A DNA stretch of 46,760 nt. It comes from Vitrella brassicaformis CCMP3155. Taxonomy: Eukaryota > Protista > Chromerida. Below are positions 37,166-46,760 of this stretch, piece after piece (the first letter of the stretch is position 1; every line of letters begins with the position of its first letter). Made by a program: the position numbers and the translations under genes. Location of the stretch: the NCBI GenBank assembly GCA_001179505.1, contig CDMY01000588.1:1-46760 (forward strand), in the 5' to 3' direction. The notes beneath the pieces were generated by a model. That model was not told the DNA's origin, ran no database searches, and was given only the letters and a program-made list of their open reading frames with translations.

Positions 37166-38151
37166 TCACAATCGAGTGTCAACAGACCACCAATCGGCAA
37201 CAGACCACCAATCGGCCACAGCCTCAGGGTTTTGTGGCCTGTTCCACTTCACGAGGCCGTCGGATGCGCTTTCGTCTGCCGAATAGGCGCAGAGGTGGAT
37301 CGGGTCCTTGTGGTTGGGAAAGTCCCGCGCCACGCACTCCAGCGATGCCGTGCAGGGGTGGCTGTCATCGCAATCCTCAAAGTAGAGGCCTGCTTTCTGT
37401 GGACACAAATGTGCATGTCAGCCCAGTCCTATTTGGCATTCTGACATTTGCGTTTGTTCTCACCCTGCAGTCAAACACTCACCCTGCAGTGCTGAGCGGA
37501 AACGTTGGCGAATTTTTCCACAGGATTGCCATTCAGGTCGTGTTCAGTGTAGCACTTGAAGGGCTCTTTGTGTTCCTCGCACTGGAGGTCGGTGCGACAA
37601 AGGTCACCATCTGATATTGAGGAATGAACGAACCAATGGGTTGAGTCGTATACTCGTATACCTTTGGTTGGGCCACAAGTGGAGACAAGTTTGTCGCCGT
37701 AGGACCTCTCGCTGCATCGGCGCATGATGATCGAAAATGGCCCATCCCCTTGACAGAGATGGTCGTCGTCGCAGAAGTCATCGTCCTCACCCCGCTCCTG
37801 CAATGCACGCAAACGTATCCACGGTAGTGCGTGCGTCCGCCCGCTTACCTTGCATTTGCCTCTGGAACGAAAGAAGATGCCTTTGGTGCCGATGGTGCCA
37901 TTCTTGTGGACATGGAAATAGCACTTCTTCTGAAGCGGTTTCTTGCAGTCCGCATCCTTTTTGCAACCGAAGAGGGTCTGGTGGGCCTCGACATCAGCCG
38001 CAGATGCGCCTGCATCATGCATGCACATTCACAAAGAAGTGGGCGCCCCACTGCAGTGGTGTTGTGTCGTGCGACCAGCACTCTGGAAGGCGAACGCAGC
38101 AGCTGCGAAGGCGAGGCAGAGAGCTGGGTTCATGAGGAAGAAGAACTTCAT
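37166..38151 (-). CDS. Small secreted cysteine-rich protein with repeated C-x-x-D-x-x-C modules
   Basis: Signal peptide MKFFFLMNPALCLAFAAAAFA, in-frame phase-1 intron, then modules GCKKDADCKK, FCDDDHLCQ, LCRTDLQCEE, DCDDSHPCTASLEC. The C-terminus has a tandem ADWWSV x2. Confidence 0.7.
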
Positions 38152-38621
38152 GATGGCGTGGCAACGATGAGGGCGGGGCACACTTCAGCTCTGCGCCCCG
38201 TCTCGCATGCAATAGCTCGCATGCTGCGCGGGTGTTCGAGAAGCACTCATCGTCCGCGTGTTCGTCCGTCCACAGATCCGCAGCCATGGCAACACCGCCA
38301 TGGCCAGCATTCTTGCCCTCGTCGCCGCCAATGCCGGCAGGCCCAAGCTCCCTACTGCCGTGCACGTTCATCGAGCTCACTGCGGTGCGTTTGGGCGCCC
38401 GGCTTAAGGATCCATCACTTTAGTAATGATGATATCAATGCAAGATCGGTCAAGCAGCAATCTAGTCTATACAGAAATGGCGCAGCTAGGGTCCACACAC
38501 CGACGCGCTTGATCGGTACAATTGCTGCTCCACAAACAATGTCACGCAACTACGGATAAATACACACACACACCGATCTACCATCGCTCTGCCCCTTCTC
38601 ACACCCTATCTGTCCATCCAT

Positions 38622-41600
38622 TCATCTCTCTATCACAGTCCTCCCCTTATCTGTCCCTGGCTGCAGCTGTACAGTGTTCATCTCCATAGCTCCACCCATC
38701 CCCAGGCCCCCACCGCTGCTGTTGCCATTGTTGCTGCCGCTCCCAACGCTCCCGGACCCGTCAATGTCATTGCGGTTCCGCCGCGTCATAACCCCACTCG
38801 TCAAGACGCGGATGTCACCAGGGGAATACGTCGACCGAAATGCACCCTCACTGTTGCTGCTGTTGGCGTCATTGTTGCTGGCGTCTCGGTCTGCGAGGAG
38901 GGAGGGGCTGCGTGCACTGCTGGATGGGTGGTCGTGTCTCGTAAAGGGTGTGAATGCCGATGTCAGCGAGAATCTGCGCGGCGACCTCGGCCCTCCGTGG
39001 CGGTAAGTGTAGTGGGGCGGGGGGAAGGGTGGCATCGACATAAGCCCGCCTGTGGCCGTGGATTGGGGCAGCTCCTGCTCCTCCTCGTCGTATAGCTTGG
39101 CGTACTGCGGAGGCGCCATGAACCTGCACGTATATCGCAAACGGATTATGGATGTGCTTAGACGTTATTGCGTGTCGATGGGAGGCTGACCGTCTTATGA
39201 GTTGGAACATGTGTATGGGCAGCCATGAGAGCGCCACCATGGCGGCGACCTTGCCCCAGAACTGGAGTGTCATGATGAAGTAGATGTCGAATTGGCTGCG
39301 GATGATGAACATCGAAAAGACGTACACGTGCACCGTCACAATCTCGGCCGCTATCATCAGCGGATGCCATGTACGAACCTAGCATTGATACGACCAACAT
39401 GCACAAACACCCATCTGTGTGTGGTCTGGTGCGCTGGGGTTAATTTGTGTGCATGTGCGTGACCTCTGACGCGACATTGAGGAGCTCAGACAGGATGAGG
39501 GCCGTGAAACAAATGGCCACAATGTTCAGAAAGGAGTCCTGCAGACAAACAGAAATATGGAACCAAAAAGTCATCCTTGCCGCTGATGCATGGATGGCTG
39601 TCTCTCTGTTGGTGCGTATGTCTGACTTGGAATAGGAGGACAGCGACGCCCATGATGACGCAGCCCTGGTAGGTGCTCTTCCACACCCAGCCGAAGAACG
39701 TCTTGAGCGACAAAATGCGACCGCTGCGCAAAGTCTCATACAGCTGCACCCACCAAACCCCACGCACACCGCACAGACAGAAGTCTTTTACGTGTTTGCG
39801 TTTGTATGTCCCCATGCTGACCATGGGGTACATGAAGACGGTCGATTCTGGGAGTTCGACGTCGAGGACGAGAGCGAATACCGGCGCCATGGTGTAGTAG
39901 GTGCCGTACCCCACCATGAGCCAGTTCTGGAAGATGCCCACTGGGATGCAGTAGAAGATGGCGCTGAACAGCACCTGGATGATCGCTATCACCAGACCAC
40001 GGTGAATCACAAACTGGGCCAACCGAGACGACCTGCACACACATACGCAACACCACACAGATGGATGAATGGATGGATGGGTAGATGTCACGACCGACCG
40101 ACCGACCGTTGGTATGAGTTTCGTCCGTGCCAGAGGAGGAGTCTAAGCAGGTATCTGAACTGCACGATGGATATATCGGCCGCCAGGGCGGCCTGCATGC
40201 CCTCCTTCCCCACAATACCCACGCCCATGTCAGCGGCCTGCAGACGTATGCACACAAATGAGCATGTGTTGATCTATCAACCTACGTACGTCTACATACC
40301 TGTATCATGCTGACGTCGTTGCCCCCGTCCCCGATGGCACATGTGCGCCCCTTGGTGATGCTCTTGATCGCTCGAACCACCTCGGCCTTCTGGGTCGGCG
40401 AGCAGCGGCAGCACACCTGCATGACGCAACACACGGTGGGTGGTGTCCTGGGCAGTTGTGGGCTGTCCCTGCACATACCACTGATGGCGCCTGTCCTGCG
40501 ACAGAGACGAACAGTTCGGGGCACACGCGGAGGAAGAGGCCCACCAAGGCACCGTCCAGCACCAAGACAGAGTTGCTCGCCACCTGACATACACACACAA
40601 CATCTCATGTGGCAACTGGCAGTCCTGGTCCTCCTTTTGTGTGTGTTGCGTTTCCCACCCGTCCGAATCTGTGGATGGCCTGCACGGCTGCCTCGGTGGT
40701 GGTGATCTCCTTGCTCGTCAACACATGCAGCGAATGAAGACGGGACTTCAGACCTAAACACCAGCCCCACCGTCACCAACACAACACAGGAGCATCCTTA
40801 CACCATCCCTGCCCTCCATCTTTCTCTCTCTCACTGTCTGTCTGACTGACCGGCACTGATTGCGATGCAGGTGGCAGTTTCGACTTTGTCTCCAGTGAGC
40901 ATCCAGACCTTGACCTTGGCCTCTTGCAGCTTCTCGAGTGTGAGTTTGACATCCTCCTGCAGCTTGTCCTCCACACCCGTCAAGGCCAGCAGCTGGAGCT
41001 CACGCTCTAGCCCGGCGATGGTGCTGCGAATGCGGTCGGTCTTCAGACTCGCCTTGGCCTGACCGTAACTGATATACATACCAGAGGGAGGGAGGGAGGG
41101 TGGGGTTCATTGATCTCATCTGATGTGTTGTGTTGTGTTGTGCGGTGTCCATCTACCGTGTGTTGAAGTCCTGGAACTCTTGTGGCGCTAGCTCCCGATA
41201 GGCCACCACCAGGGTGCGCAGACCGTCTCTGATCAGACACAATAGACAGACACAGAGGCGGGGAAGACAGGCGGAGAGAGTGTGTGATGGTACATGGGTT
41301 GGTCACGGTGGGTCACCTGGCGAAGTTGCCGCACTCCTCTGCGAGCCATCCCGACGCCTTTTGTCTGAGCATCGACATCATGACGCTCTCAGCACCCTTG
41401 ACGAAGAACAATATCCGACCTGACCACCTGCACAGCACAGACAGACACTCAGACATGGGAACACTGCACTCTCTCTCCGTCTGTATGTGTATGCTACCGA
41501 CCGTTCCCTGACGATGATGCCCATGCGTTTGGTTTCTGAGGAGAATGGGAAGCAGGCCAGGATGTCGTACGACACCTCACGGCCGTCCGGCGCCTCCAAT

Positions 41601-44436
41601 GTCATGCTCGACGCGTCACGCTACAAATCACAGCCGACCATGTGACATGTTTGATGTCCTCATTGTGTTGTGCAATTGCATGGTGCGGTGTGGTGCGGTG
41701 TGATGCGCACCTCTCTGAGCTGCAGACCGACTCTCTTTGCGAGCGTCACGAGCGCCACCTCATCAGGACTCGACGCTTGGAACGACACCTGACGAATGGA
41801 CCGAGGCAGCAAGGAGAGCAGACACGTGTGACGATGATCTTTGCACATATCGGTGGATATTCTGACCCCTTTGTCAGTGTTGAGTGGCGTGACGTTGTGG
41901 CAGAGGCCGAGCGCCACGACGGCCATCTGGAGGGCAACCACCTCGTCAGCACGGCGCAATCGCGCACCCACCAGAGACGAAGATGACATGCCAGAATCTG
42001 AACACAACCATACAGACGTCCATCCATCCATCGCCGCATTAAGTGGGCGCCTGTTCCTCTTGCCCACGTACCTCTTCTGGAGGTGACCATGTTGTCGGTG
42101 TCGTTGTTGTTGTTGATGGATGTGGTGCTGACAAGTGAGGGCGTGGCCACCCCGCTGCTAGCCGAACCGTCCTTGCTCGCCTGCCGTGGCTGCCGAGGCA
42201 CACGAGATATCATCGCTGACTGAGGCGCCGCACCACCGTTGGCCGACAGGGGGGGCGGGGCTGACTCAGAGTCGGTGAAGGCCGCCTTGAGCGTCGCCCG
42301 CAGCTCTTAACGCAGAGATGGAGAGAAAGGGATGGAAGGAGGGGCAGTCTGTGTGCACACCACTGCATACCGTCGAGTGTGTCTTCGGTGAAGAGTGTGA
42401 ATCCCAGGTGGATCTTCTTGAAGATCATCTCGTTCTTGGTGAGGGTGCCCGTCTTGTCCGACAACAGGTAGTCGATGCGACCCAGCTCCTGCACATAGAT
42501 ACACACATACACACATACGCACATGCACACAGACAGAGAGGGTCGCTTTCTTCCTCGATCGAGGCTGCATCCCCATCTGTATTGTATGGATGAATGTGAG
42601 GCTGCTGACTGACTTCGGGTATGGATGAGGTGCGCACTTTGGTCTCGGGGATCTTCCAGTCACGCGCTATCTGAGCGATCGATCGGTTAAAGCACCCACC
42701 CCCCGGATAGAGACGTGGACACATGGACTGGTATCCGTCAGACCTACTTGCAGTGAGTAGAGTGCCTTGGCCATGTCGAGGTTGACGCGCATCGATATCG
42801 GGATGATGCTCGACAGCAACAAGATAAACCTACCGCCCATCAATCAATCGACCAGTGAGTGTACACATAGAATCCTTACCTGTGTGTGTGTGTGTCTATG
42901 TGTGTGTTTGTACCTGAAGAAGTGTATGTACCAGATGCCCGTGAGCCCCTGGGGCCTGGTGCAGACGAGTAGGAAGGCGAGGGAGAGGAGGATGACGCAC
43001 AGGATCTTGCTGAAGAAGTTGATCTCCATGTCCAACAGACCCACTTTGCTGATCGTGTGCTGCGTGTTCATCGCACTGCGCGTCTCCACACCCGTGTATA
43101 TCGCTACACCCAACACCTGCACACGGACGCAGACACGGATGGATGGATGGGTATAAGAGAGTGCCGTGTTGCCCTACCTGTCCTGACGAGACGACTGTGT
43201 TGGCCCAGAGTGTGTTTTCGAGGGTGAGCGGCTCACTCGACACGTTGGACACCCGACGGGGGCTGGACGGCGACCCGCCTACCACATCCTACACACATAC
43301 ATACACACACAACAGGACAATACATACATACATCGGCCTTTTCTTTCTGGTCACTGACTGACCCCCAGGTCTGCATTGCTGCCCTGGCTGCTGAAGCTGT
43401 CGCTCTTCTGGTACGCCGGCGCCGCCGGCCACTGAGCAGCAGAAGCCGAAGGGGCCTCCTGGTCGCCCCCAGGCCTCTCCGACTGCACCCCTCCCAACGC
43501 CGTCTCATCACCGGCCCCTCTGCTCTGCCGCTGTTGTTGTTGCTGCCGCTGCTGCAACAGCTCCCGTTTGTTGAAGACGGTGAAGCAGCCCATGAACTCA
43601 TAAATGTCCCGCCGCGGCTTCTCCGCTACCAGCTCCCCCCGCACACGGAATATGTCGTCATTGCGCCGAAGTGCCTGGATGAAGGGCACGGGCCTCCTGA
43701 GCTTCCAGTCGGTCTCGCCGTCGAGCTGGTCGGTGCGGAGGAAAGTCGACCCGCCCTTCTCGGTCGTCTTGAGGAACAGCAGGTCGCATGGAACGCGCTG
43801 GTCGGCGTTGACCTGGATGATGTCGCCCACTCTGATGTCGGCCGCAGTCACCTCGCGGAACCCCTCATGGGGCGTGAGCTTGCGATACTTTTGGCCGTTG
43901 ACCTCCCTGTCGCGTCTGTATCGCTTGAGGTCGTCTGCCGCCTCCTTGATCATGGTCACGCTGATGACAAACACCAGTGGCGTGAGGTAGGTCACCAGGT
44001 TGCCCACCCGAAGCACCGGCACCAGCTGGGCGAGCGCCACGCACAGGAAGAAAAAGTTGAAGAAGAAGCGGAACTGCTGGTACAGCACCAACGGGACGAA
44101 CGTCAGCACGTTGTACTTGTGGTTCTTGACCACGTTGGGCAGGTGCCGCGATGCCTCGGGCTCGGTCGTCACGGACCCATCGCCGGCCATGCGGATGGTC
44201 CTCTCGAGATAGGCCCGCCGCCCCATGCACCGCAGCGTGCGGACCATGCCCCTCCAGGCCCTGCAGCAGATCCACCTGCTGCCGCAGCCACGGTGGTCAC
44301 CGCCCATGCCCGCAGATGACCGCCTGCTGCGCCTGGCCGTGCTGCTCTCGCCGTCTGCATCTTGGTCGGTCATTTCGATCATGTGTTCGTCGGTAGGGTC
44401 TTGCTGTCTGAGTAGGCTCTGTTCGGCAGTGTTCAT
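38622..44436 (-). CDS. ATP9: P4-type ATPase (phospholipid flippase), Neo1/ATP9 class
   Basis: [23 protein letters not shown] (Neo1/ATP9 signature), [97 protein letters not shown]. Confidence 0.96.
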
Positions 44437-44772
44437 GGTGTCGTCCTCGTGGGCAGCGTGCAGGGCCGAAAGCACCGATCTGTTCGGCCGCCGATGAGGG
44501 TAGTGATACGACGATAGACGCGTAATGGTGGCGGCTGGCTGCGATGCGGCTGACTGGACTCACGCGCGAGCAAAGTTGGACTGGTTCATCATCTCATTCA
44601 TCAATGACATAAGCCGCGCTGTCACAGCTTTGACGAGATCAGCAGCAGATCGCCAGAGGGGACAAGCTTCCACGCTCACTCCTGTCCTCCCTCTTCGCGT
44701 TTCGCCCTTGCGAGCATGTGAGCTGAGCTCGCAAAGTGGCGGGAGAACCGTGGGGCATTTATTGCCGGTGTG

Positions 44773-46315
44773 ATGTCTGCAGTCGTATTCGAGTCAGGGC
44801 AATCCCCGCATTGTTTGCAGGCGGGGGCTGCCTCACGTGGGACTGATGCGCAGCTGCACAGTGACCTGGCGTCATTGAGGGCCTCGTTTGACGACTACAA
44901 ACAGCAGACAGAAAAGGCAAGTCCGCGAATTGGTGGGCGGGGAGGGGAGGGAGGGGAGGGGGGGCAATCGATGCACTCCTCTGTCTGTGCTGTGCAGAGG
45001 ATAGCGGCACTGGAGGCCGCCCTTGAGGAGAAAACAAAGGCAAGCAGTGCTACTCACAAAACCACAGCCATCTGATCACATCCGCGGGTTTGCCCACAGG
45101 AATGGGCAGCTCGGCAGCACGCTCTTCGTCGAGAGATGGAGGCGGCCAAGGGGGAGCAGGACAAACGCATCCAAGAGAGACTGCAGGTCGGTAGGTCAGT
45201 CGGCCAACCACACAAACGAACAAACACGACAGCCATGCGGGTTTTGTGTCTGTCCGTGGACGGGATGGATGCACTCTACAAACAACCTTAACAGGAGGAG
45301 CGTCGGTTTGTGCTGGAGGAGATGGCCATCGCTATGCAGGTGGAGCTCCACGACGACAAGAAGGACCTGCAGGAGCTCATCAAACACGCCGAGCGGTCCT
45401 GGCAAGCCGCGCTGCAGAAGATGCTATCGGTCGGCCAACCAATCAGAGATATGTGCTTAGCTTAAAGATGTGTGTGGCTGACACGGCATGCAGAGCAAGA
45501 GCAGCAAATTGATGGCCGTCTCGCGATACCTGTGTGTGCCGGGTGGGCAGGTACAATGCAACACGCACATACGCACACACGGACAAAGAAAGGGAGAGAG
45601 AGGGGCTTTTCTGCCGTTCCGTTATCTGCATCGTGCGGTGGTTGCCTTCGTCTCCCTCTCTCTCTCTGTGTGTGTGTGTGTGTGTGTGTCCTTGTGTCTG
45701 CAGTTTCTGCGTACGTCGTATCGCTATGCGGCTCTCCGCGATTGGTTGGCGGGGTGGACCGCCGTGGCATGCACTTCGATGAAACTGCTGTACAAGGGGA
45801 CTCGCCACGGCTGGCACTACCCCTGCCTCCTCGACTGCATCGCTGCTTCACAAGGCGATCGTCTGCTCCTGCTCATGCGTCACGAATCCCACGTCTTCGG
45901 CTGCCTTATCGACGGGCAACTGCTGGAGCCACCTGATGCTTCCGCGTCCACGTGCACGTCTGTCGCTATGCTCACATTCATCTCTCTTTGTGGGGCCTGC
46001 AACGAGCCAACCAAGATCCCCCTCCCCGCCGAGGCGCGCAAAGTCAAGATGGCCGGCCGGCAGGGCGCAGTGAGGGGCAGCAATGGGGCGCCACGAGCCA
46101 ACATCTTCATGGGGGGTGCGCAGCATGCGGCGCTGTGGATGGGGTACGCCAAACCTGTCGGACCCAGCTGTGATTTGAGGAGTTGTGAGCTGTGGATAGC
46201 CAAAGAGCACTTGCCGACTCCGGGCTATCTGGGTGTGGTGTGTGGGGCGGGACGCGGCACACTCTCGGACCGTAAGACATTCACCCTGACGGAGATGGAG
46301 GTGTGGGCACTCTGA
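44773..46315 (+). CDS. Coiled-coil plus TLDc-domain protein
   Basis: N-terminal coiled-coil exons. C-terminal LLYKGTRHG...LLDCI...VFGCLIDG...FISLCGA...PTKI...LWMG...DLRSC...FTLTEMEVW, a TLDc pattern. Confidence 0.8.
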
Positions 46316-46510
46316 CTGACTGACTGGCTCGCTTCGTGAATTGATTGAGTGTCATGTACATGCCCGCTGCACAATTATGCATAGGTGAACATTGATCTGC
46401 GTCTTGCTTGAGTGATCAGTCGACACTGGCGCATCGGCCAATAGTGTTTATTATTGCTGATTGCAAAACTTATGAGTGTTTCATCATGACGAACCGGGGT
46501 TGGAGCGCCC

Positions 46511-46533
46511 TCAGGGTTTAGGGCTTAGGGTTT
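46511..46533 (+). repeat. Degenerate telomere-like heptamers TCAGGG TTTAGGG CTTAGGG TTT
   Basis: Three consecutive units related to the (T)TTAGGG/TTTAGGG repeat. Confidence 0.6.
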
Positions 46534-46551
46534 CGCGGTTGGCGAAGGGGA

Positions 46552-46736
46552 GAAACTGTCATTAACCGTAACACTCGTCTGTGTGTCCGTGATACTCATA
46601 CAAATACAGTCCCATCAGCACGCAGAGTCAAACAGGCTCAAGGGGAGGAGGGATCAATCCCCGCCCCATCAGCACACCCCAGTCCCACAAACCCTCCCCT
46701 CCCTCCCCCACGCAGACAGAAGCTAGTCGCACGCGC
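46552..46736. repeat. Dispersed repeat, copy 3 (inverted relative to 1-183)
   Basis: See copy 1. Confidence 0.95.
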
Positions 46737-46760
46737 GAGGGCGATAGACAAGCGAGAGCG

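Noticed and set aside
37184-37219. 18-bp direct repeat as a CRISPR-like or regulatory array
   Set aside because: Only two adjacent units with no spacer, and they lie in coding sequence (ADWWSV x2).
43534-44319. 261-aa plus-strand ORF
   Set aside because: Antisense shadow of the first exon of the P4-ATPase.
1-46760. Whole window as a Polinton, virophage or other giant transposon
   Set aside because: No polB, capsid, packaging ATPase, DDE transposase or recombinase recognised, and the content includes intron-rich housekeeping genes. Kept only as a repeat-geometry finding.

Overview
Eukaryotic, intron-rich genomic DNA, most likely from a chromerid alveolate such as Vitrella brassicaformis. This is inferred from an ApiAP2-type gene, a TLDc protein of the chromerid-expanded type, short GT-AG introns and (GATG)n/(CA)n/(GTCT)n-filled introns. 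The window has two regimes. The left part (about 1-25.4 kb) is accessory-like, with short 38-70 nt introns. It holds a tandem-AP2 gene, a divergent kinase-fold gene, a decayed multi-EF-hand gene and five secretory-pathway glycan enzymes: HtrL/YibB-like GT, GT61-like GT, a sulfatase fused to two LamG domains, a SAM methyltransferase and an O-fucosyltransferase-like GT. Several of these genes carry single-base lesions. The right part (about 25.4-46.4 kb) is GC-rich and housekeeping-like, with microsatellite-laden introns: MKP1-like dual-specificity phosphatase, Mpv17/PMP22, a Cys-rich secreted protein, a Neo1/ATP9-type P4 flippase and a TLDc protein. Both ends carry inverted copies of a ~185-bp repeat. 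A truncated third copy sits beside a T12 tract at 17.5 kb, and telomere-like heptamers abut the right copy. No rRNA, tRNA, CRISPR array or transposase was recognised. Exon structures were reconstructed by eye and gene boundaries are approximate.
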